64,000 nt of DNA, taken from assembly GCA_018970025.1 (NCBI GenBank), contig JAGWXF010000004.1, positions 63,485 through 127,484 of the forward strand. Reading direction: 5' to 3'. This DNA comes from Actinomycetales bacterium (lineage in GTDB: Bacteria > Actinomycetota > Actinomycetes > S36-B12). Each line of letters opens with the position of its first letter. Position 1 is the stretch's first letter. Shown in pieces: positions 40,639 to 48,285 of the stretch. The notes below the pieces were generated by a model. That model saw only the letters and a program-made list of their open reading frames with translations. It searched no databases and was not told where the DNA came from. Position numbers and translations under genes: made by a program.

Positions 40639-41718
40639 TCAGGAACTCTTCTTCGTATACAGCGGTGACATCAGCGTCAAGACGATGCTCGCCATCGTGT
40701 CGACGCCCACTCCGGCAGCGGCACTGGCCGGTGCCTTCTTGCTCCAGACCGTCTCCGGCCGCGACTGCAGCAGGACGACGTTCTCGCCCTCCGGCAGGTC
40801 GGCATCGACGGCCCACTCGATGTCCTGCGGGCATCCGTAGTGCTTCTCGGCGGTGCGGGCCAGGCGTGCGACGGCCTTGAGCTGCGCATCGGTCATGCAG
40901 GGTGCCGCTCCCCGTTCGTCGTCCAGGGCGACCTTCTCCACGGTGTCGTGGTCCGATAGCCGGAACTCGACCTCCTTGCGCGAGACCTTGCGCTTGGTGA
41001 TCTCGAACAGGACCTTGTCGACGAGGAAGTTGTCGGGGGTGATCTCGCCCGACACCACCCCCTCGCCGAAGCCCCAGGCCGCATCGATGGCGATGACCGA
41101 GCGATCGCCGTCAGCCGGGTTGAGGGTGAACGCGACGCCAGCGGAGACCGGACGGACCATCTTCTGCACCACCACGCTCATCTCGACGGATCGGTGCTCG
41201 TAGCCCATCTCCACCCGGTAGCAGGTGGCCCGGTCGGTGAACAGCGAGGCCCAGCAGCGGCGGACCGCATCGACGACCGCATCGGCGCCGCGCACCCATA
41301 AATACGTGTCATGCTCGCCGGCGAAGGATGCGTCGGGGGAGTCCTCACTGGTGGCCGAGGAGCGCACGGCGACGGGGACGTCTGCGACCCCGCTGCGCCG
41401 GGACAGCTCGGCATAGGCGTGGCGCAGCGCCTGCTCGACATCGGCATCCATTGGCATGGTCGCGATCGCGTCGCGGATCGCCGCGCAGCGCTCGCTGACC
41501 ATCGACGTGTCGTTCACGTCGAGCCCGTAGAGCAGCCGCGACAGGGTGGCATCGAGGTCGGCGGCATCGCGGCTGGTGCGGTAGGCCTGGGTCGTCAGGG
41601 CGAAGCCCGGTGGCACCGGCAGGCCGGCGCCGGTCATCTCCCCCAGGCTGGAGGCCTTGCCCCCGACCTCGGGCTTCATGCCGACCCAGTAGCTCTCGAA
41701 CCACATGATGCTCGTCAT
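40639..41718 (-). CDS. Phenylphosphate synthase beta-like / CreI-like ATP-grasp (PPDK_N) subunit
   Basis: VGGKASSLGEM, VPPGF, VAVRSSATSEDSPDASFAGEHDTYL, VVVQKMV, GFGEGVVSG..TPD, PQDIEWA, LLQSRPET; stand-alone nucleotide-binding domain. Confidence 0.88.
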   Translation of the reverse strand: MTSIMWFESYWVGMKPEVGGKASSLGEMTGAGLPVPPGFALTTQAYRTSRDAADLDATLSRLLYGLDVNDTSMVSERCAAIRDAIATMPMDADVEQALRHAYAELSRRSGVADVPVAVRSSATSEDSPDASFAGEHDTYLWVRGADAVVDAVRRCWASLFTDRATCYRVEMGYEHRSVEMSVVVQKMVRPVSAGVAFTLNPADGDRSVIAIDAAWGFGEGVVSGEITPDNFLVDKVLFEITKRKVSRKEVEFRLSDHDTVEKVALDDERGAAPCMTDAQLKAVARLARTAEKHYGCPQDIEWAVDADLPEGENVVLLQSRPETVWSKKAPASAAAGVGVDTMASIVLTLMSPLYTKKSS

Positions 41719-42821
41719 GACACTCCCTCCCGAAGCGAGGTCGGCAGCGCCCGGCCGGAGAGCCCCTCCCACCAGTCGGGGAGGAGATCGAGGTCGGGCA
41801 CCTGCACCTCCTGCACCCTGTTGCGATAGGCGATGAATGCGGTTCCCTCGTCGGTCAGCCGGACGATGACCTCCTCGGTGTTGTACGGCTCGCCGGGGTC
41901 GTAGCCGAAGGCGCTGATCGCGAACACCCGGATCGGGCCGGAGTGGGTCCCGACGATGATGCGATCGCCCGGATGCTCCTGCCGGATGCGCAGGATGCCG
42001 GCCCAGAAGCGCCGCACGGTGGCCGACGGGGGCTCGAAGTTGAGCATCGGGATCTGCGTCCACAGGGTGATCGGGTCGGCACCGCCCTGCTGGGTGCGCC
42101 AGAACCGGTCGATCTCGACCAGCCAGGCCGGCCGCTTGCCCGAGCCGAGCCGCTCGTACTTCTCCATCTCCTTCTTATAGAGACGGAAGGCCCCGGTGAC
42201 GTCGCGGAGTCCCTCTGGCGTCCAGACCTGGAAGTTGCGGAACTCCTCCATCGCCTCGACCTCGGAGATCTGCGCCTGCTTGCCCCACAGGGTCAGGCCG
42301 TCCAGCAGCCCCTTGCGGATGCCCTCGCCCGTCTGCCGGGCACGGTTGGTGTCGGCGCAGGCCAGGTGGACGCTCTCCCCCTCGCGGATGCCCTTGCTGA
42401 TATCGAAGCCGCGCCGGTGCACCTGCCAGCTGCCCAGCGGGGTCAGGCCGCTCTCGGTCGAGTACCCCTGGGTCTCGCCATGGCGGATGATGTGGATCTG
42501 GGTCACGACGCCGGGTCCGGCGTCGTCCTTCGTCGGCGGGATGATCTCCTTGCTCTTGGTGATCTGCGCCCGGGCCTCGGTGACGCCGAGCTCATGGCCC
42601 TCCCATGCGGGGACGGGTGCCTCGAGCGGGTTGACGCCACTGCGGCGATCGCGGAAGCGGCGCAGGTACAGCGGCGCGGTGCTGCTGTCGGACGGCTCCT
42701 GCACCTCGTGCGGCTTGCCGCCGCGGGCCTCGCGATCGAGGTACCGCTGCAGGTACGCGGGAGCATCCACCCGCTCGGTGCGAGGCAGGGCGGCCTGCTC
42801 CCGGCTGTCTGTGGCAGTCAT
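41715..42821 (-). CDS. Histidine phosphatase superfamily protein with N-terminal extension
   Basis: IHIIRHGETQ, LTPLG, DTNRARQT, VGTHSGPIR; AGGAG RBS. Confidence 0.82.
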   Translation of the reverse strand: MTATDSREQAALPRTERVDAPAYLQRYLDREARGGKPHEVQEPSDSSTAPLYLRRFRDRRSGVNPLEAPVPAWEGHELGVTEARAQITKSKEIIPPTKDDAGPGVVTQIHIIRHGETQGYSTESGLTPLGSWQVHRRGFDISKGIREGESVHLACADTNRARQTGEGIRKGLLDGLTLWGKQAQISEVEAMEEFRNFQVWTPEGLRDVTGAFRLYKKEMEKYERLGSGKRPAWLVEIDRFWRTQQGGADPITLWTQIPMLNFEPPSATVRRFWAGILRIRQEHPGDRIIVGTHSGPIRVFAISAFGYDPGEPYNTEEVIVRLTDEGTAFIAYRNRVQEVQVPDLDLLPDWWEGLSGRALPTSLREGVS

Positions 42822-42828
42822 CGATCTC

Positions 42829-43740
42829 CTAGCTGTGCACCGTGAGGAACTGCTGGTTGACCACGCCGTCGTAGTAGAAGATGGCGCGCCCCATCTCCGC
42901 CTCCGTCCAGGTGACCGGGGGCTCGTCGGGGTCGACCTGATAGCCGCCGGTGAAGGCCTCATTGCGATTGCCTGCCGGGTCGAAGAAGTACAGGCAGTGG
43001 CCACGGGTCGCGCCATGGCGCGTGGGGTTCGTCTCGATCCGCACCCCGTGGTAGGCCAGCACGTCGGCGGCGTCCCGGATCGCATTCCAGTCATCCACCC
43101 ACCAGGCGAAGTGGTGCAGGCCGCCGTCCTGGCCGGTGACCAGGGCGATGTCGTGGCTGGAGTGCGAGTGCTCCAGCCAGGTCGCGACCTGGAAGCCGTC
43201 GTCGCCGACGATCTCCTCGGTCAGGTGGAAGTCCAGGACGTCCTGCAGGAAGCGGGTGTTCGCGCCGACGTCCTCGCAGGTGATGAACACGTGGTCGATC
43301 CGCGGCGGGGCGAAGCCGACCAGGCCGAGGGGCTTGGGCGGCGGGTTGGTCAGCGGCAGCAGGTTGCCGACCTGGTCCATCCCGTAGGTGAGCTCCATCA
43401 GGTGCCCGCTGGGCAGGGTGAACCGGATCGCCTCGCCATGGCCCGGCCCGATCTCGCCGGCCGCATGGCGGGTCACCGCGACCCCGGCCTCGACCAGGCG
43501 CGACTGGTAGTGGTCGAGGTCCTCGCGCTCCTGCACCTTCCAGCCCATGTGCTGCAGGCCGTAGGTCGGCGCGAAGGTGAGGATGACCGAGTGGTGCTGG
43601 TGCTCGTCCCAGCACTTCAGGAACACCCGGTCCGACTCGCGCGCGGTCTCGTACATGCCGATGACCTCGGTGTAGTACGCGGTCGCCAGCTCCAGATCCG
43701 GCACGCGGATCTCGACGTGGGACAGTCGCAGGATGCCCAT
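42829..43740 (-). CDS. Catechol 2,3-dioxygenase (type I extradiol), copy 2
   Basis: CWDEHQHHS; DHVF, HDIALV, LHHFAW, PTRHG, YFFDPAGNRNEAF; metal and catalytic residues present. Confidence 0.93.
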   Translation of the reverse strand: MGILRLSHVEIRVPDLELATAYYTEVIGMYETARESDRVFLKCWDEHQHHSVILTFAPTYGLQHMGWKVQEREDLDHYQSRLVEAGVAVTRHAAGEIGPGHGEAIRFTLPSGHLMELTYGMDQVGNLLPLTNPPPKPLGLVGFAPPRIDHVFITCEDVGANTRFLQDVLDFHLTEEIVGDDGFQVATWLEHSHSSHDIALVTGQDGGLHHFAWWVDDWNAIRDAADVLAYHGVRIETNPTRHGATRGHCLYFFDPAGNRNEAFTGGYQVDPDEPPVTWTEAEMGRAIFYYDGVVNQQFLTVHS

Positions 43741-44648
43741 CAGGTGTGCACCGTCATGAATCGGGTGTTGAGATCGCCCTCGTAGTAGAAGACGGCCCGG
43801 CCGATGTTGTCCTCGGTCCAGGTGATGGTCGGGAAGTCCGGATCCGGGCGGTAGCCGCCGGTGAACACCTCGTTGCGGGTGCCGAGCGGATCGAAGAAGT
43901 AGATGGTGTTGCCGCGGGTGATCCCATGCCGCGTCGGGCCGACGTCGACCTGGATCCCGTTGTAGGCCAGGACATCCGCGCTGCGGCGGACGTGATCCCA
44001 GTCGTCGAGCCAGTAGGCGAAGTGATGCAGGCCGCCGTTCTTGCCGGTGACCAGGGCCAGGTCATGCGGGCTGTGCGAGCGCTCCATCCAGGTCGCGACC
44101 TGATGGCCCTGGCCGTCGAGCAGCTGCTCGGTCGTGCGGAAGCCGAGCACGCTCTCGTAGAACTTGGTGGCCTCGCCGACCTCCTCGCAGGTGACCAGCA
44201 CGTGGTCCATCCGCGGCGGGGCGATGCCCTTCAGGCCCTCGACCACCGGGGAGGGGTTGACGCGCGCCGTCGACCGGCCGACGAACTCGATGTCGTGGAC
44301 GAGCTCCATCACCTGCCCGGACGGCGTCTGGAAGGTGATCGACTCCCCCTGGCCGATGCGGTCGCCCTTGGAGACGCGGCTGACCGGGAAGCCATAGCGC
44401 TGGACGGCGTTCTCCAGCTCGTCGAGGTCGGACTCCCGCTCGACGCGGAAGGACATCTGGTCGAAGCCGACCCGGGGCCCGTAGACCAGGCGCAGCGAGT
44501 GGTGGCCGGGCTCGTCCCAGCACTTCAGGTACACCGAGTCGGCATCCCGTTCGGTCTCGAGCATGCCGATGACCTCGGTGTAGTACGCGGTGGCCAGATC
44601 GAGATCGGTCACCACGACGTCCACGTGGGCCAGTCGCAGGATGCCCAT
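43740..44648 (-). CDS. Catechol 2,3-dioxygenase (type I extradiol), copy 1
   Basis: CWDEPGHHS; DHVL, HDLALV, LHHFAY, GPTRHGITRG, YFFDPLGTRNEVF; GAAGGAAAGGG RBS. Confidence 0.93.
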   Translation of the reverse strand: MGILRLAHVDVVVTDLDLATAYYTEVIGMLETERDADSVYLKCWDEPGHHSLRLVYGPRVGFDQMSFRVERESDLDELENAVQRYGFPVSRVSKGDRIGQGESITFQTPSGQVMELVHDIEFVGRSTARVNPSPVVEGLKGIAPPRMDHVLVTCEEVGEATKFYESVLGFRTTEQLLDGQGHQVATWMERSHSPHDLALVTGKNGGLHHFAYWLDDWDHVRRSADVLAYNGIQVDVGPTRHGITRGNTIYFFDPLGTRNEVFTGGYRPDPDFPTITWTEDNIGRAVFYYEGDLNTRFMTVHT

Positions 44649-44711
44649 GCACGTCCCTTCCTTCGACGGGCCGGGTGAGGCCCGCGCTCTTGCCTGCCTG
44701 AGGACCGCAGT

Positions 44712-44727
44712 CGTGACCTTGGTCACG
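44712..44727. promoter_or_regulatory. CRP/GlxR-like palindrome
   Basis: cGTGA-ccttgg-TCACg, matching (c/t)GTGA-N6-TCAC(a/g). Confidence 0.55.
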
Positions 44728-44738
44728 CTGATGGATGG

Positions 44739-44805
44739 ACAGTAGGGCAGGGGTGTTCCGCATGAAAGGACGCTGTTCCCCATTGCGGGACGCATCTGCT
44801 AGGGT
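44739..44805. promoter_or_regulatory. Divergent promoters with a tandem IclR-type operator candidate
   Basis: Minus strand: TTTCAT-17-TACTGT (44767-44739). Plus strand: TGC-TAGGGT (44797-44805). Between them: tgttccgcatgaaaggacgc / tgttccccattgcgggacgc (44754-44793, 15/20 identical, each weakly palindromic). Confidence 0.55.
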
Positions 44806-44813
44806 CCGCGTCC

Positions 44814-45485
44814 GTGAGCAGTCCGAATGACCCGCAGGCCATGCGGGACGCCCTGGCGGCGTACGTGCGCAGCCTCATGCAGGCATATGCGGACGCCGCA
44901 GCCCTGCTGCCCCCAGCCGACCGCACCCGGCTGCCGCTCCTGGCAACCCCTCAGCTGACCATCGCCGTCGTCGGCACCCGCCACCTGCACGTGCTCGGCA
45001 CGGCCGAGACCCTCCCAGCCCCTGCAGGGCCGGAGATTGCGCTGGACGAGGCCATCGACGCGCTCGGCTGGCAGCTGCGCTTCTATGACCCGGTCATCAT
45101 CCCGGGCATCGGCCTGATCGACGAGACCGTGGAGCCGCAGCCGGCCCTGGTGCGCAGCACCCTGGGAGTCCGCACCCACCTGTTCCACCTGGTCATCAGC
45201 CCGGGCAGCGGGCTCACCGGGCACCATGCGCAGCACGCCGGGACGGGCCTGGCCCACGCCCATGCCACCGCCGCACGTGACTTCGAGACCCTGGCCGCGC
45301 TCCTGCCCGCCCAGGCGGCCCTCGTCCAGGAGATGCAGGGTGCTGCTGTCGCCGGCCTGCCCCAGGCACATGCCCTGCTCGCCGCGCGCATCCGCCCGGG
45401 CCTGTCACTCGATGACGTCGATCCCGCATCCTTCGATGCAGTTCGCGGCCGACTGCTGGCCGACGTCCGCGGAGCACGCGCATGA
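44814..45485 (+). CDS. Hypothetical protein
   Basis: 223-aa ORF, ATGA-coupled to IclR; LRFYDPVIIP, GHHAQHAGTGLAHAH. Confidence 0.75.
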   Translation: MSSPNDPQAMRDALAAYVRSLMQAYADAAALLPPADRTRLPLLATPQLTIAVVGTRHLHVLGTAETLPAPAGPEIALDEAIDALGWQLRFYDPVIIPGIGLIDETVEPQPALVRSTLGVRTHLFHLVISPGSGLTGHHAQHAGTGLAHAHATAARDFETLAALLPAQAALVQEMQGAAVAGLPQAHALLAARIRPGLSLDDVDPASFDAVRGRLLADVRGARA

Positions 45486-46297
45486 CGAACCCAGGGCTCG
45501 CGAGCCGGGATCACTCGACCCTGCTGAGCGTGCGCAATGCCGCCCGGCTGCTGAAGGAGTTCTCCCGGGAGCACCGCGAGCTCGGGGTGACCGAGCTGTC
45601 ACGGCGACTGGGCATCGGCAAGAGCACCGCCCACCGCCTGCTGGCAACCCTCGCCGAGGAGCGCCTGGTCGAGCAGAATCCGCAGACCGGTGCCTACCGG
45701 CTCGGCCTGGCGATGTACGAGCTCGGCAATGCCGTCTCGCTGCACGCCGACCTGCATGACGCCTGCTCGGAGGTGATCGACCACCTGCGCAATGCGACCA
45801 AGGAGACCGTCCAGGTGGCCGTGCTCGACGGCCGGCAGGTGGTCTACGTCGAGCGCCGCGAGAGCCCGCACACCCTGCGCCTGTTCGGCCGGGTGGGCCA
45901 CCGCAACTGGGCGCACTGCACGAGCACCGGCAAGGTCCTGCTCGCCTACCTGCCAGGCGAGCGCCTGGATGCGATCCTCGATGGCTGGGCGCCCGAGGCC
46001 CGCACCCCGCACTCGATCACCTCCATTGCCGTCCTGCGTGACCAGCTCGATGTCGTCAGGTCACGGGGCTGGGCGGAGAACGTCAACGAGGCCGAGATGG
46101 GGGTGGCATCGGTGGCAGCGCCGATCCGCAATGGCCTGGGCGAGGTGATTGCCTCGGTGTCGGTCGCCGGGCCCGTCCAGCGCGTCAACGGCGACAGCCT
46201 GCGACGCTTCGCCAAGCCCTGCGTCGAGTCGGCCCTGGCCATCAGCCGCCGGCTGGGCTTCCATGGATTGGGGCTGCATGCGCATCCTGCATCGTGA
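45482..46297 (+). CDS. IclR family transcriptional regulator
   Basis: HTH LGVTELSRRLGIGKSTAHRLLATL; HCTSTGKVLLA; GVASVAAPI, SVSVAGP. Confidence 0.94.
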   Translation: MTNPGLASRDHSTLLSVRNAARLLKEFSREHRELGVTELSRRLGIGKSTAHRLLATLAEERLVEQNPQTGAYRLGLAMYELGNAVSLHADLHDACSEVIDHLRNATKETVQVAVLDGRQVVYVERRESPHTLRLFGRVGHRNWAHCTSTGKVLLAYLPGERLDAILDGWAPEARTPHSITSIAVLRDQLDVVRSRGWAENVNEAEMGVASVAAPIRNGLGEVIASVSVAGPVQRVNGDSLRRFAKPCVESALAISRRLGFHGLGLHAHPAS

Positions 46298-46637
46298 CGA
46301 CATCGCCGGCGGTCAGCCGGTCCGCGTGCTGGTGAACGACCAGCCGGTGCTCATCGCCCTGATCGACGACGTGCCGTACGCCATCAGCGATACCTGCCCG
46401 CACAATGGCCTGTCGCTCGCGCAGGGCATCGTGCGCGATGGGTGCGTCACCTGCCCCGGTCACTTCTGGCGCTTCTCCCTTCGGGACGGCAGCAAGCAGG
46501 GCGGCCCGGCCGTCTCGGTGCCCACGTACCGCTGCTGGATTGAGGACGACTGGATCGCCGTCGACGTGCCGCCAGCCCCGGCGCAGCGATCGATGCGCGA
46601 GATCCTGCTCGAGCATGCCCGGCAGCCGCGCACATGA
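46278..46637 (+). CDS. Rieske-type [2Fe-2S] ferredoxin
   Basis: DTCPHNGLSLAQG...VTCPGHFWRFSLRDG, VPTY. Confidence 0.88.
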   Translation: MRILHRDDIAGGQPVRVLVNDQPVLIALIDDVPYAISDTCPHNGLSLAQGIVRDGCVTCPGHFWRFSLRDGSKQGGPAVSVPTYRCWIEDDWIAVDVPPAPAQRSMREILLEHARQPRT

Positions 46638-46677
46638 CTACCGTGACAGACGACAAGCGCAACTGGGATGGGGTGAC

Positions 46678-47349
46678 ATGGTGAGCAGTGCTCAGGGGCT
46701 GCTGCTGGACGTCGGCGTGGTGTTCTTCAAGTCGGCCTGGGAGATCGCCGACGAGTACGAGGCGATCCGCGGCCTGCCGCCTGGCACGGTCGTCGGCCGC
46801 GGCCCGCTGGACCCGCAGGGCGATGAGCGCTGGCAGCGCTACCTCGCCGGCGAGGCCACCGAGCGGGAGTACTGGCTGGACTTCGCCGCCAAGGCCGTCG
46901 CCAATGGGGCACCCCTCGACGGCCATCCGACCCTGATGCGGGCGATGTTCCAGACCCCCGGCATCGATGTCGTGCGCCCGCAGGCCCGCGCCCTGGTGCA
47001 GCAGGCGCACCAGGCGGGCCGGCGCCTGGGCATCCTGACCAATGAGCTGATGGACTTCCAGGGCCGTGCGTGGGTGCAGGCCCAGGACTGGTTCGACCTG
47101 TTCCCGGTGCTGGTGGACTCCAGCGAGCTCGGGTGCCGCAAGCCGGATCCCCAGCCCTACCGCACCGCGATCGACCTCATGGGCCTGCCCCCCGACCAGA
47201 TCGTCTTCATCGACGATAACCCCACGTACGTCACCGGCGGACTGAATGTCGGCCTGCGCAGCATCCTGCTCGATGTCCAGGATCCGGGGGCCGTCTTCGC
47301 CGAGGCTGCCGTGCTCCTCGGCCTCGACCCGGTGGACGTGAGCGCGTAA
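46678..47349 (+). CDS. HAD-IA phosphatase (paralog of 36424-37071)
   Basis: LLLDVGVV, EREYW, GILTNEL, RKPDP, FIDDNP. Confidence 0.85.
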   Translation: MVSSAQGLLLDVGVVFFKSAWEIADEYEAIRGLPPGTVVGRGPLDPQGDERWQRYLAGEATEREYWLDFAAKAVANGAPLDGHPTLMRAMFQTPGIDVVRPQARALVQQAHQAGRRLGILTNELMDFQGRAWVQAQDWFDLFPVLVDSSELGCRKPDPQPYRTAIDLMGLPPDQIVFIDDNPTYVTGGLNVGLRSILLDVQDPGAVFAEAAVLLGLDPVDVSA

Positions 47350-47412
47350 CGTCCAATCCGCACATCGGCAGCGTTCATTTGACGGCAGCGTTCCCATCAC
47401 CTAGGAGGACCC

Positions 47413-48285
47413 ATGGCACGGCTGGCATTCATCGGACTCGGCGTCATGGGCTACCCCATGGCCGGGCATCTCGCGGCGGCCGGGCATGAGGTCGTCGTCT
47501 ACAACCGCACGACCGAGCGAGCGCAGGCCTGGGTCGAGCAGTTCGGCCAGCAACTGGCGATGACGCCAGCCGAGGCCGCCCTCGACTGCGATGCCGTGCT
47601 CACCTGCGTGGGCAATGACGCGGACGTCCTGTCGGTACTCGAGGGCCCGGACGGGGTGCTGGCGACCATGCGCCCAGGGGCGCTGCTCATCGACCACACG
47701 ACCGCGTCGGCCGACCTGGCCCGCCGGCTCGCCCAGCAGTGCCGCGCGGCAGGCCTGGGCTTCGTCGACGCACCCGTGTCCGGCGGCCAGAAGGGCGCGG
47801 AGACCGGCCAGCTGACGGTGATGTGCGGCTGCGACGATCCGGCGACCTATGCCGAAGCCCGGGAGATCATTGCCGCATATGCGCGAGCCTGCGAGCTCCT
47901 CGGCGATGCCGGCTGCGGGCAGCTGGCGAAGATGGCCAATCAGATCGCGATCGCCGGGGTGCTGCAGGGCCTGGCCGAGGCGGTGAACTTCGCCCAGCGG
48001 GCCGGGCTGGATATCGACCAGCTCGTCACCGTCATCAGCAAGGGCGCTGCCGGCAGCTGGCAGATGGAGAATCGGTCGAGCACGATGTCACGCGATGAGT
48101 TCGACTTCGGCTTTGCCGTGCAGTGGATGCGCAAGGATCTCGGCATCGCACTGGACGAGGCGGCGCGCAATGGCGCCCGGCTGCCGATGACCGCGCTGGT
48201 GGATCAGTTCTATGCCCAGGTCGTCGACCGCGGCGGCCAGCGCTGGGATACCAGCAGCCTCATTCACCTGCTGCATCACCCGTAG
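47413..48285 (+). CDS. 3-hydroxyisobutyrate/2-hydroxy-3-oxopropionate dehydrogenase family
   Basis: FIGLGVMGYPMA, YNRT, DAPVSGG, GQLAKMANQ, KDLGIAL; AGGAGG RBS. Confidence 0.9.
   Translation: MARLAFIGLGVMGYPMAGHLAAAGHEVVVYNRTTERAQAWVEQFGQQLAMTPAEAALDCDAVLTCVGNDADVLSVLEGPDGVLATMRPGALLIDHTTASADLARRLAQQCRAAGLGFVDAPVSGGQKGAETGQLTVMCGCDDPATYAEAREIIAAYARACELLGDAGCGQLAKMANQIAIAGVLQGLAEAVNFAQRAGLDIDQLVTVISKGAAGSWQMENRSSTMSRDEFDFGFAVQWMRKDLGIALDEAARNGARLPMTALVDQFYAQVVDRGGQRWDTSSLIHLLHHP

Noticed and set aside
38767-41718. Annotation as PEP synthase, pyruvate phosphate dikinase or rifampin phosphotransferase
   Set aside because: There is no PEP/pyruvate barrel, the genes are split, and the N-terminal blocks match the phenylphosphate synthase family.
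36424-47349. Canonical anaerobic phenol carboxylation or the Corynebacterium Cre pathway
   Set aside because: No UbiD/UbiX carboxylase, biotin carboxylase or P450 is in the cluster; the partners are O2-dependent Rieske and extradiol enzymes.
47413-48285. 3-hydroxyisobutyrate dehydrogenase-like gene as part of the aromatic cluster
   Set aside because: It is separated by a 63-bp gap, has its own strong RBS and belongs to a common housekeeping-type family. Membership is possible but unsupported.
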